Below, in pieces: positions 18,226 through 26,652 of a DNA stretch of 32,000 bases. How positions within the stretch are numbered: the stretch's first letter is position 1; each line of letters begins with the position of its first letter. Below the pieces are notes generated by a model. The model saw only the letters and a program-made list of their open reading frames with translations, did no database searches and was not told where the DNA came from. Made by a program: the position numbers and the translations under genes. Source of the stretch: Candidatus Hadarchaeales archaeon (lineage in GTDB: Archaea > Hadarchaeota > Hadarchaeia > Hadarchaeales > Hadarchaeaceae); the NCBI GenBank assembly GCA_038823825.1, contig JAWBCC010000002.1:180001-212000 (forward strand), given 5' to 3'.

Positions 18226-20013
18226 TTACATCACGCCGTAAGTTTTGTCTATTTTCTGCTTTATCGCGATTATCTCTTCCAGAACAGCCAATTCGTCGCC
18301 TGAGAGAAGGTCCTTCAGATCACTTTTTAGCCTGAGAACTTGTTCTGCAGGTATTTCTGTATATAGCACGTCACCCTCATCGAAGTTTCGTCCAACGATT
18401 CCCCCTTCGATGGAAACTGCCAGCTCATCCCCCATCTTCGCTTCAGAGAGCTGCTGTTTTTCCTTCTGGAGCTCTTTTATCCTTCCAACATGTTTACCAT
18501 CTTGGCGCATAACCGGAGATTTCGGCAGAAGAACTCCACCGAGAACGGAAATCCCAACGATCGCCGGTTCGCTCCTTCTAAAAACATAGCCAGCTTTAAC
18601 AACGAACTTGGCGGGTCTGACAAAACCCTCCAGTTGTTTTCTTTTTATTTCCTCTTTTTTCTTAGCACACCACTCATCGTACTTCTCAATCAGACGATAA
18701 ATCACGTTTTCTTCGATGATATCAACACCAAGGTTGAGCGCGGCTTCTCTCGCTTCCTCGAGAACTCTCACATTAAAAGCCAGAATTACTCCGAACAGCG
18801 GATGGGTCTGTTGAACTGATGATGCTTCGATTACATCCCTTCTCGAGACTTCTCCTATATCGGCAATTCTTATTGGAACGTTTTTCTGACCCAAAACATT
18901 TTCAATTGCTTCCAGAGATCCAAGCGCATCCGCTTTAACGACCAATCCAACGGTGTCCTTTCTTATCCTTATTTTTTCTATTTCCTGTTCGATCTCTTTC
19001 CAGACTTTTTCGGCTTCTTGAGGCGTAGACAGTCCAACAAAGGGCACACCTGCAATGGCATCTTCCAGACCAGGAGCCGCGATTTTTATACCAGCCGCCG
19101 CGTGAACCTCCTTCACACTTCTAAACTTGTCTTCCGGATCTCGGATCTCGTCGAGAGGTTTCGGTCTGAGAATTGCCCGAACCCTTGAGATTATCGGTCT
19201 GCCCACGCCACCAACTAAAAACCAGTCGCCAACCCGCAGACTGCCGTCATAGAGAATAACATCAAGCGTTTTTCCAAGCCCGATTTCCTCCTTCACTTCG
19301 AGAACGGTTCCTCGCGCATTCCCGGAGACCTCCAGTCTGAGATGCTCTTCCAAAAACCTTTGAGCCAGCCCGAAGAGAAGCGCCAGTAGCTCGGCTATTC
19401 CTTCTCCAGTCTTTGCGCTCACGGGAACTATACAAACTTGTCTTCGAAAATCCGTGATTCTATCAAACCGTTCCGACTCGAATCCGAGCTCTTGAAGCTT
19501 TCCAACGATTTCGTAGATTTTCTCGTCCAAAACCTGCAACGCGCGTGTCGTCTGCTTAGAACAGCTTTCAAGAAAACAAGGAGTATTAAAAGGTTGCCAT
19601 CCAGGAATCAGGTCGATTTTGTTTGCCGCCACAAGAAAAGGGGTTTTGTAACTTTTCAGGATAGTTATGGACTCAAGGGTTTGTGGCATAAAGCCTTCTC
19701 TGATGTCGATGACGAGCGTCACGAGATCGGCTAAAGCTCCTCCACGCTTTCTGAGATTTGTGAAAGCTTCATGTCCGGGAGTGTCTACAAAAAGGACTCC
19801 TGGCAGTTTCAGGTCGATCTTAAACTTTTTGAGTAGAGGTTCGCAGATTTTTTTCACGACATCTGCTGGAACCTCCGTTGCCCCCACGTGTTGCGTTATA
19901 GCTCCGGCCTCTCTGGCAGCCACAGAAGTTCCCCTTATCCTGTCCAGAAGTGTGGTTTTTCCATGGTCAACATGGCCGAGTACTGCTATGATTGGCTGTC
20001 TTATTTGTGGCAT
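18226..20013 (-). CDS. infB: Translation initiation factor aIF5B (IF2-like GTPase)
   Basis: [20 protein letters not shown] and NKID are present. At 595 aa the length gives no room for an intein. Confidence 0.95.
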   Translation of the reverse strand: MPQIRQPIIAVLGHVDHGKTTLLDRIRGTSVAAREAGAITQHVGATEVPADVVKKICEPLLKKFKIDLKLPGVLFVDTPGHEAFTNLRKRGGALADLVTLVIDIREGFMPQTLESITILKSYKTPFLVAANKIDLIPGWQPFNTPCFLESCSKQTTRALQVLDEKIYEIVGKLQELGFESERFDRITDFRRQVCIVPVSAKTGEGIAELLALLFGLAQRFLEEHLRLEVSGNARGTVLEVKEEIGLGKTLDVILYDGSLRVGDWFLVGGVGRPIISRVRAILRPKPLDEIRDPEDKFRSVKEVHAAAGIKIAAPGLEDAIAGVPFVGLSTPQEAEKVWKEIEQEIEKIRIRKDTVGLVVKADALGSLEAIENVLGQKNVPIRIADIGEVSRRDVIEASSVQQTHPLFGVILAFNVRVLEEAREAALNLGVDIIEENVIYRLIEKYDEWCAKKKEEIKRKQLEGFVRPAKFVVKAGYVFRRSEPAIVGISVLGGVLLPKSPVMRQDGKHVGRIKELQKEKQQLSEAKMGDELAVSIEGGIVGRNFDEGDVLYTEIPAEQVLRLKSDLKDLLSGDELAVLEEIIAIKQKIDKTYGVM

Positions 20014-20045
20014 GCATACCCAAAAAAATACTAGTTTCTATGTCC

Positions 20046-20459
20046 TCATAACTTTGGATTTTCCGGAAAAAGAAGGGATATTTCGTATCTCGCGGACTCT
20101 GGGGATTCGGAAGCGTGGACAACGTTTTCTCTTGTTGAGGTCCCGAAGTCGCCCCTTATGGTTCCTTTTGGCGCGTTTGATGGGTTGGTTGGACCGACTA
20201 GCTGACGAACAATCTGGATGGCGTTTTCCCCTTCAACGATCATCGCAACGATGTCTCCAGAAATCATGAAGTTGATAAGAGGCCCGAAAAAGTCCTTTCC
20301 ACGGTGAACCTCATAAAGAGCCTCAGCTTTCTCCCGCGTCAGACGCATTCTCTTTTCCTTCACGATTTTGAGCCCACTTTTTTCAATTCTTCTTTTGACT
20401 TCCTCAACCAAGCCACGCATGACACCATCTGGCTTTACTATCAGACATGTCCACTCCAT
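20046..20459 (-). CDS. ndk: Nucleoside diphosphate kinase
   Basis: LIVKPDGV, GPTNPSNAPKGTIRGDFG and NVVHASES (active-site His) are present. Length is 137 aa. Confidence 0.92.
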   Translation of the reverse strand: MEWTCLIVKPDGVMRGLVEEVKRRIEKSGLKIVKEKRMRLTREKAEALYEVHRGKDFFGPLINFMISGDIVAMIVEGENAIQIVRQLVGPTNPSNAPKGTIRGDFGTSTRENVVHASESPESARYEISLLFPENPKL

Positions 20460-20487
20460 CTCTTCCGAATTAACATTATGTTAAAGG

Positions 20488-20499
20488 AATATTTATTTT
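20488..20499 (-). promoter_or_regulatory. TATA-like box (AAAATAAATATT on the minus strand) upstream of ndk
   Basis: It lies about 29 nt upstream of the ndk ATG (20459), in the 67-nt spacer after rpl24e. Confidence 0.4.
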
Positions 20500-20526
20500 G
20501 AAAATCGGCTTGATTGTGTGGTTTAG

Positions 20527-20718
20527 TTATTGTTTCCCACGAGCCTTTATCGATTTCTCCGTCCATCTAACTTTCTGAGGCTTTCTCCCCAATTTATGAT
20601 TTCTTTCACATTTGCTTGAGCAGAAAAAGAGCACCATTCCATCATTTTTGACGAACATCACTCCAGTCCCTGGTTCGAGTTTCCCGCCGCAGAAGCTGCA
20701 TTTTCTGATAATAGGCAT
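20527..20718 (-). CDS. rpl24e: 50S ribosomal protein L24e
   Basis: [30 protein letters not shown] is the L24e Zn-ribbon. Length is 63 aa. Confidence 0.93.
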   Translation of the reverse strand: MPIIRKCSFCGGKLEPGTGVMFVKNDGMVLFFCSSKCERNHKLGRKPQKVRWTEKSIKARGKQ

Positions 20719-20719
20719 T

Positions 20720-20938
20720 TCACGGCACCTTTATCTCTCTAGCTTCTCTCTCCGTTTCTCTTAAAATCAGAATGTCTCCGATCTGCACGGGCCCCTTCAC
20801 ATTTCTTATTATAATCCTTCCTTTATCTCTCCCCTCAAGGATCCTGCATTTCACTTGTAGAATCTCACCAGTGACACCAGTTCTACCCCTTATCTCGATG
20901 ACCTCGGCCGGATAGCCGGGTCCCTCCTCCTCCGGCAT
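20720..20938 (-). CDS. rps28e: 30S ribosomal protein S28e
   Basis: [56 protein letters not shown] is present. The ATG at 20938 is preferred, with an alternative GTG at 20947. Confidence 0.9.
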   Translation of the reverse strand: MPEEEGPGYPAEVIEIRGRTGVTGEILQVKCRILEGRDKGRIIIRNVKGPVQIGDILILRETEREAREIKVP

Positions 20939-20943
20939 CGCAA

Positions 20944-21312
20944 TCACTTCTTGATCTCTTTGATTTTTTCCAAGATTTCGCGGAGAAGACTATCGTCTCC
21001 AGGCTCCAACACAGCAACGGAAGCGGCTGCCACTTGTAACCCGGCGGCAGTTCCAAGGTCTTTCTTGTTAGGAACGTAGGTATACGGGATGTTCTTTTCC
21101 TCGCACAATGGTGGTAAGTGGGCAACGATTTCCGGTGGGTCAACATCCTCCGCTATTATCACAAGTTTTGGCTGCTTTCTCTCCACCGCTTTTGTAACCT
21201 CATTTGTTCCCCTTTTGATTTTTCCATTCTCCCGTGCTCTTTCGACTAATATGTAAGTCTTCTCCGCTAGGTCTTGCGGTACCTCAAACTTTACGTGGAT
21301 GGGTTTTGCCAT
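20944..21312 (-). CDS. rpl7ae: 50S ribosomal protein L7Ae (k-turn binding protein)
   Basis: [18 protein letters not shown]...[12 protein letters not shown]...[16 protein letters not shown] is present. The ATG at 21312 is preceded by GGAGGTG (21324-21318). The ORF-track start at 21345 ([11 protein letters not shown]) is treated as leader sequence. Confidence 0.92.
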   Translation of the reverse strand: MAKPIHVKFEVPQDLAEKTYILVERARENGKIKRGTNEVTKAVERKQPKLVIIAEDVDPPEIVAHLPPLCEEKNIPYTYVPNKKDLGTAAGLQVAAASVAVLEPGDDSLLREILEKIKEIKK

Positions 21313-21325
21313 TTTCGCACCTCCT

Positions 21326-21345
21326 TCAGGTTTCACCATCATCAT
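21326..21345 (-). promoter_or_regulatory. Box C-like AUGAUGA plus box D-like CUGA (candidate k-turn/K-loop) in the L7Ae leader
   Basis: Minus-strand AUGAUGA (21345-21339), a 9-nt spacer UGGUGAAAC, then CUGA (21329-21326). One nt later comes the SD GGAGGUG. By eye I could draw only a 2-bp flanking stem (CC/GG). Confidence 0.4.
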
Positions 21346-21378
21346 TCATGGGCTCTTTCTTAAGGTTTTCTTCCAAGA

Positions 21379-21386
21379 CTTAAAAA
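21379..21386 (-). promoter_or_regulatory. TATA-like box (TTTTTAAG) of the L7Ae-S28e-L24e operon
   Basis: It lies in the spacer after the tgtA stop. It predicts a TSS near 21355, giving a leader of about 40 nt before the ATG at 21312. Confidence 0.4.
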
Positions 21387-21403
21387 GTTTGTTTTGATCC
21401 AAA

Positions 21404-22927
21404 CTAGGCAACGGATTCGGAGTAATTCAAGACTTTAAGCTTTTCACCGACGATTTCACACGCTTTTTTAAGGACATCCCCCCACTTTCCATCGTCGAAA
21501 AGTATGATTTTTTCGTAATTTCCGGCATGCCTTTTTAAAAACTCTTTAACAGCCGTCATTGCGATCTCGAGACCCTCTGCATCCACCTCTGGCGGAATCT
21601 CGTTTTGCATGAGGGGAAAGATTTCCTCCAGATCCTCTGGCACCGGACCAAACGGGGGAAGGATTTTGACAACATAACTTGGTTCCTCAAGCTCATCTCT
21701 CTCAAATTTTTCAGTCAAGTAGAATGGTAGCAGCACAAGAACCTTTGCTGGTGGTGGAGAAATCCTTTTGATTCTCATATGATGTCTGACAACTTCTGGT
21801 CTGTGTGCCGATTCGGAACCGAGGTAGAAAAATGCGGATTTTTTTGTGGCTGGGTCAAATCTCTCCACGAAATCTTTGTATTTCAAAAATTTTCTCAATC
21901 CTTCAAGTAGTTTTGGATGCGCACGACATCTCTGCTGGATGAGGTCAAAAAGCCAACCCTCTGCAATTGCCTGTCTTATTCTTTTTATCTCCTCAAAAGT
22001 CACATACAGATTGTGACGAGTTAAAAAAAGCATTCTATCATTTTTCTCCATTTCTTTCAAATCTCGAGCGTTTAAATCTGAACACGCCGGGCAGCTGCAG
22101 GGCAAATGCTCTAGATTTTCAACTCTAATGGTTCCGTTCTCTGTCAGATATCTATCATCGCGGGCATAGAGCGCATAGGCTGCAGAATCAAACAAATCAC
22201 AGCCCATCGCCACTGCCAGTCCGAGAACCATTGGATGTCCCACGCCAAAAAGATGCACCGGTTTACCGAAGGGAAGGTTCATCTTCGCATTCATCGTCAG
22301 TTCAACAACCTCAGCAAATCTGTAGGTTTCGAGCAGTTCGACCGGACTGCCAATGGCATACACAGCGAAGTCGAGATCTGCCATTTTCCTTGCACACTCC
22401 CTCACGAGATCTGTAAAGAGTCCACCCTGAACGGGACAACACCAAAGAATGTCGTCTCGGCTCTTGATTTTCATCAATTGTTCGGCTCTTTCAATTGTGA
22501 TTTTCACGGTTTCCTCAGCCATTCTTCTCGTCGCATTTGCACCGGTCGGAACGTCTAGAATTGTTGCGATGTCGCTTCCAATCGCCTCCTGATATCTGAC
22601 GATCTCTTCCTGTGTTGTATCGATGACGCCATATCTCAAAATCTGATAGCCCCCGCTGTCCGTCATTATCGGTCCATCGTAACCGATTACTTTGTGAACA
22701 CCCAACTCTGCGGCTTTCTCTCCGTAATGTTTTTTCATGAGATAGGCATTTGTTATGAAAATCTCTGCTCCACATTTTACCATCTCAGAGGGAGACAGAA
22801 AGATGTCGATGGGATTTATGACAGGCATGAGGGAAGGTGTCACGACCTTCCCATGTCTAGTGTAAAATTTGCCTATCCTTGCCAGCCCATCTCGTTGTAT
22901 GATCTCAAAGCATCCAATCTCGCTCAT
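21404..22927 (-). CDS. tgtA: tRNA-guanine(15) transglycosylase (archaeosine TGT), form lacking a recognisable PUA domain
   Basis: Catalytic-domain motifs are present: MTDSGGYQ, LFGVGHP, GCDLFDSAAY, and the Zn site CSCPAC..(x)..TRHNLY. At 507 aa, the C-terminal 140 aa or so shows no PUA-like pattern. Confidence 0.88.
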   Translation of the reverse strand: MSEIGCFEIIQRDGLARIGKFYTRHGKVVTPSLMPVINPIDIFLSPSEMVKCGAEIFITNAYLMKKHYGEKAAELGVHKVIGYDGPIMTDSGGYQILRYGVIDTTQEEIVRYQEAIGSDIATILDVPTGANATRRMAEETVKITIERAEQLMKIKSRDDILWCCPVQGGLFTDLVRECARKMADLDFAVYAIGSPVELLETYRFAEVVELTMNAKMNLPFGKPVHLFGVGHPMVLGLAVAMGCDLFDSAAYALYARDDRYLTENGTIRVENLEHLPCSCPACSDLNARDLKEMEKNDRMLFLTRHNLYVTFEEIKRIRQAIAEGWLFDLIQQRCRAHPKLLEGLRKFLKYKDFVERFDPATKKSAFFYLGSESAHRPEVVRHHMRIKRISPPPAKVLVLLPFYLTEKFERDELEEPSYVVKILPPFGPVPEDLEEIFPLMQNEIPPEVDAEGLEIAMTAVKEFLKRHAGNYEKIILFDDGKWGDVLKKACEIVGEKLKVLNYSESVA

Positions 22928-22963
22928 CTAGCACCCTAAATTATCTGAGTTTGTGAAGAAAAA

Positions 22964-24175
22964 TCAGCACACGGAGTATTTACCTTCAGCCAGCTCCATG
23001 CAGAACTCTTTTATATTGTCGAGCTCTGACTCGATGACGTCAACGATTTTCTCTCTGATGTCTGAGATGGAGACTCCTCTATCCGGGATTACCCTGGCGG
23101 CTGCAAGCGCTGGCAGGTTGATTGGTTTTCCAATTTGGCTCACCAGCCAGACGTAAACCTCTTTCAATCCGTTAATCTTCTCATATATCTCCCCAGCGAT
23201 TTTGTGGGTAAGTATGTTGTAAATCTTTCCGACATGGCTAACAGGATTTTTGCCGGCCGCTGCCTCTGATCCAACGTGTCGGTTTAACGGAATCACACCA
23301 TTTGGTCTGTTTCCCCTGCCGACTTGCCCCGAGTCTGCTCCATCCGCGCTGGTTCCTAAGACTGTTAGATATATCCCGTCGACGCCCCTTCCAGGCACGT
23401 CCAGTGTGTTAAGTTTGATGTCGAACTTGAGATCAGTTTTTTCTGTCACAAATTTTTTAACTTCTTCGAAAACCTCCTCTTTTCTCCTGAAATACTCTTG
23501 TTCGATTTCGATGAATCTGTCAACGAAGGCGGCCCCTATAGTCAGGGAAAGGTTGTTGTTTATTCTGAACCCCATAACCTTTATATCTTCTCCAACCTCG
23601 GGAAACTCTTTCTTGAATTTTTTAGAATTCATGAAGCGTTCGACTTCGAGGACTATCTTTTCCGTTCTAGTCATAGGGGCGTAACCAACCGCCGCAGAGG
23701 TGTCGTTTGCGCTCAGAACCTCACCGCCCCTTCTGAATATGTCAGTCAGAGCAGCGGAACCAGGTTTGAACTCGACTTGATATCTGATGTGTTTTTCTGG
23801 ATCAACAAATCTCAGATTTTCTTTTATCCATTTCTTGGCGGCTTCTATTGCGATTTCTTTGACCGGTATGATCTCATCTCCTACTCTATCCGTGGCTCTA
23901 TCTCCGAATATCAAGAGCATTGGCCGCTTGATGGTTCCCCCTCCAAATCTTGTCTCCACCTCTCCAGCAACTAGGAGAGACTTGTCAGCGTTGTGATGAA
24001 GGATTGTGTTAAATCTTCTGAGGTATTCTCTGCTCAGCTCGACAGATACTCTATCGAGTATGGCATCACAAATCGTGTCCGGATGACCGATTCCTTTTCT
24101 CTCCACGATTTCCAGCTTTTGTTCCTCAAGTGGCTCCTGTTTGAATTCCTCAACTATTATGTTTCTCGCGCTCAT
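22964..24175 (-). CDS. mat: S-adenosylmethionine synthetase, archaeal type
   Basis: IVERKGIGHPDTICD at the N-terminus, a length of 403 aa and an overall archaeal MAT layout (GTSADGADSGQVGRGNR). Confidence 0.93.
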   Translation of the reverse strand: MSARNIIVEEFKQEPLEEQKLEIVERKGIGHPDTICDAILDRVSVELSREYLRRFNTILHHNADKSLLVAGEVETRFGGGTIKRPMLLIFGDRATDRVGDEIIPVKEIAIEAAKKWIKENLRFVDPEKHIRYQVEFKPGSAALTDIFRRGGEVLSANDTSAAVGYAPMTRTEKIVLEVERFMNSKKFKKEFPEVGEDIKVMGFRINNNLSLTIGAAFVDRFIEIEQEYFRRKEEVFEEVKKFVTEKTDLKFDIKLNTLDVPGRGVDGIYLTVLGTSADGADSGQVGRGNRPNGVIPLNRHVGSEAAAGKNPVSHVGKIYNILTHKIAGEIYEKINGLKEVYVWLVSQIGKPINLPALAAARVIPDRGVSISDIREKIVDVIESELDNIKEFCMELAEGKYSVC

Positions 24176-24200
24176 GCCCCCCGTCTTTTCTTTTTTTGCC

Positions 24201-24217
24201 CTTATTAAATCTTATTA
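24201..24217. promoter_or_regulatory. Tandem CTTATTA direct repeat (10-nt phase) in the metK / HTH-CBS divergent spacer; probable back-to-back TATA region and/or operator
   Basis: CTTATTA occurs at 24201-24207 and 24211-24217. This is 26 nt from the metK ATG (24175) and 21-28 nt from the regulator ATG (24238). Confidence 0.45.
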
Positions 24218-24237
24218 CAAAAATAACTGGGGAGAAT

Positions 24238-24804
24238 ATGCCGATTCTAACACCAGAAGAGATAAAACGGATGAGGAAAAAACTCAGGATAACTCAACTA
24301 GAGCTGGCTAGACTTGCCGGAGTTTCTCAGGCATACATAGCGAAGATAGAAGGAGGGAAAGCGGATCCAAAATTTTCAGCCCTTCAAAAAATTGCACGGG
24401 CTCTTGAGTCTGTCAGCAGCGGGGTTTCTAAATCGGCGAAAGAAATAGCAACGATTCCCGTAATCTCCGTTAGACCATCCGATAGAGTGAGTAAGGCAAT
24501 AAAGCTGATGGAAAAGAAGGGAATTTCTCAGCTTCCCGTGATCGAAAAAGGGAAGCAACTAGGCTCGATATCGGAGGGGATTGTTCTCAGGCTTCTCTCT
24601 TCGAGTTCCAATCCCCTTTCAATCCTGAGCAAAAGGATTTCTTCTATAATGGGTGAGCCATTCCCAATTGTTGATTCATCTGTTCCAGTCACTTCTGTTA
24701 TTTCTCTTCTTGAACACAGCCCAGCGGTACTAACGGCGGAGAGGGATAAAATAGTTGGGATAATAACTAAGGCAGACCTCTTTAAACTTTTGACGAGAAC
24801 GTGA
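24238..24804 (+). CDS. XRE-family HTH transcriptional regulator with tandem CBS domains
   Basis: HTH LRITQLELARLAGVSQAYIAKIEGG, followed by two CBS modules (ISVRPSDRVSKAIKLMEKKGISQLPV; FPIVDSSVPVTSVISLLEHSPAVLT...GIITKADL). The ATG at 24238 has GGGGAG upstream and is preferred over the TTG at 24196. Confidence 0.85.
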   Translation: MPILTPEEIKRMRKKLRITQLELARLAGVSQAYIAKIEGGKADPKFSALQKIARALESVSSGVSKSAKEIATIPVISVRPSDRVSKAIKLMEKKGISQLPVIEKGKQLGSISEGIVLRLLSSSSNPLSILSKRISSIMGEPFPIVDSSVPVTSVISLLEHSPAVLTAERDKIVGIITKADLFKLLTRT

Positions 24805-25526
24805 ATGTGATGGAAGTAGATGAGCTGAAAGAGCGCGCAATGAAGTGGGTCCTGGGTGAAATCGCCTTTTCCCCAGATCTTCCGAATAGTCTGCGCACTT
24901 GGAGGGAAAGGTTTGGGATTGGGCAAGCCGAGCTGGCTAAAAGGTTAGGAATCACACCCTCCGTCATAAGCGACTACGAGTCTGGCCGCAGAAAATCTCC
25001 AGGTCTTCCAATGATAAGGAAAATCGTGGAGGCTTTCTTTGCCATAGACGAGGAAAGAGGAAACGTGATGTTAAAGAGTCTCTCCCACCTCTTCAAAGGG
25101 AGATTTTCATCGAATGTGGTTCTAGAGATAAAGGAGTATTCTAAGCCGATCGAGGCGCGTGAGATTGTTGAGGCAGTGAAAGGAGAAGTTTTTGCGAATG
25201 AAGATCTGCTTGGACAGAAGATATTCGGACATACGGTAATCGACAGCATACAGGCGATTCTCTCGCTTTCACCGGACGAGTTCCGTTATCTATATGGATT
25301 GAGCACAGAGCGAGCACTCGCTTTCACACAAGTCTCAACCGGACGGTCTCCAATGGTCGCGGTGAAGGTTATCGGCATAACTCCAAGTCTCATCGTTCTT
25401 CACGGATCTCTCAAACAGCCCGACGAGCTTGCCATCAGGATAGCGCAGACTCTAAGAATTCCTCTCGTAGTTTCCCGTCTGTCAACCACGGAAGATTTGA
25501 TAAAAGCATTCAGAAGCCTGAAATAG
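24801..25526 (+). CDS. XRE-family HTH transcriptional regulator (archaeal COG1395-like)
   Basis: HTH FGIGQAELAKRLGITPSVISDYESGRRKSPG plus a C-terminal domain of about 150 aa. The GTG at 24801 overlaps the upstream TGA (GTGA), with an alternative ATG at 24810. Confidence 0.75.
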   Translation: MNVMEVDELKERAMKWVLGEIAFSPDLPNSLRTWRERFGIGQAELAKRLGITPSVISDYESGRRKSPGLPMIRKIVEAFFAIDEERGNVMLKSLSHLFKGRFSSNVVLEIKEYSKPIEAREIVEAVKGEVFANEDLLGQKIFGHTVIDSIQAILSLSPDEFRYLYGLSTERALAFTQVSTGRSPMVAVKVIGITPSLIVLHGSLKQPDELAIRIAQTLRIPLVVSRLSTTEDLIKAFRSLK

Positions 25527-25560
25527 TCGACAAGTGTCGAAAGGGCAAACGTCAACAGGC

Positions 25561-25573
25561 AAAATTTTAAAAG
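25561..25573 (+). promoter_or_regulatory. TATA-like box (AAAATTTTAAAAG) of the HMG-CoA synthase operon
   Basis: It ends about 25 nt upstream of the ATG at 25597 and no SD intervenes. This spacing is consistent with a leaderless mRNA. Confidence 0.5.
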
Positions 25574-25596
25574 CCGTGAGTTTTTTACCTTAACCG

Positions 25597-26652
25597 ATGA
25601 GCCATCTAGGAGTGGGAATAACGGGCTATGGAGTCTACATACCGCGCTATCGCATAAAGGTGGAGGAAATCGCGAGCGTCTGGGGTGCAGACGCGTCTCA
25701 AATAAAGAGAAGTCTTTTGCTTGAAGAAAAATCGGTTCCCGGGCCAGACGAAGACACGGCAACAATTGCGGTTGAGGCTGCTAGAAATGCTGTCGCCAGA
25801 GCCGGGATAAATCCAAGAGAAATAGGTGCGATTTATGTGGGTTCTGAATCGCATCCTTATGCGGTGAAGCCAACGGCGACAATCGTCGCAGAGGCGATAG
25901 AGGCTACTCCAAACTTAACTGCCGCCGATTGGGAATTCGCATGTAAGGCCGGGACAGCAGCGATGCAAGCGTGCATAGGCTTGGTGAAGAGCAGCATCAT
26001 AAAATATGGTATGGCTATTGGTGCGGACACTGCGCAAGGAGCTCCGGGTGATGCTCTTGAGTACACTGCTGCAGCAGGAGGGGCAGCGTTCATCATAGGA
26101 CCAGCTAACGGGGAAACTATAGCAGTCTTTGAAGGGACTTTCTCGTTTACAACTGATACACCGGATTTTTGGCGTAGGAACATGAGACCATACCCGAGAC
26201 ATGCCGGCAGATTTACAGGAAGACCCGCATATTTCAAACATGTTATTTCGGCGGCGAACGGACTCCTCCGCAGTCTTAAGCTCACACCTCAAGATTTCAC
26301 TTACGCTGTCTTCCATCAGCCGAACGGAAAGTTCCCACTTCAGGCGGCAGAGGAGCTAGGTTTTGATAAAAAACAAGTTATGCCTGGTCTTCTGACCCCT
26401 AAAATAGGTAACACTTACTCTGGGGCCTCAATGCTGGGGCTGGCGGCGGTTCTAGATCAAGCAAAGCCGGGCGAGAGAATTCTTGTTGTTTCTTTCGGAT
26501 CCGGAGCCGGAAGCGATGCGTTCAGCATCGTTGTTACGGACGCGATCGATAGGAAGAGAGAGCTTGCGCCAAGCGTTGCATATTATCTCGAAAGAAAGAA
26601 ATATGTGAGCTATGCTATGTATTTAAAGTTCAGGAGGTTGCTGCTGAGATGA
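25597..26652 (+). CDS. Hydroxymethylglutaryl-CoA synthase (archaeal)
   Basis: [35 protein letters not shown] and GNTYSGAS are present. Length is 351 aa. It is followed by the thiolase and DUF35 genes. Confidence 0.92.
   Translation: MSHLGVGITGYGVYIPRYRIKVEEIASVWGADASQIKRSLLLEEKSVPGPDEDTATIAVEAARNAVARAGINPREIGAIYVGSESHPYAVKPTATIVAEAIEATPNLTAADWEFACKAGTAAMQACIGLVKSSIIKYGMAIGADTAQGAPGDALEYTAAAGGAAFIIGPANGETIAVFEGTFSFTTDTPDFWRRNMRPYPRHAGRFTGRPAYFKHVISAANGLLRSLKLTPQDFTYAVFHQPNGKFPLQAAEELGFDKKQVMPGLLTPKIGNTYSGASMLGLAAVLDQAKPGERILVVSFGSGAGSDAFSIVVTDAIDRKRELAPSVAYYLERKKYVSYAMYLKFRRLLLR

Noticed and set aside
18226-20013. Inteins in aIF5B, RadA or ThrRS, which are common intein hosts in archaea.
   Set aside because: Protein lengths (595, 309 and 625 aa) and uninterrupted motifs leave no room for an intein insertion.
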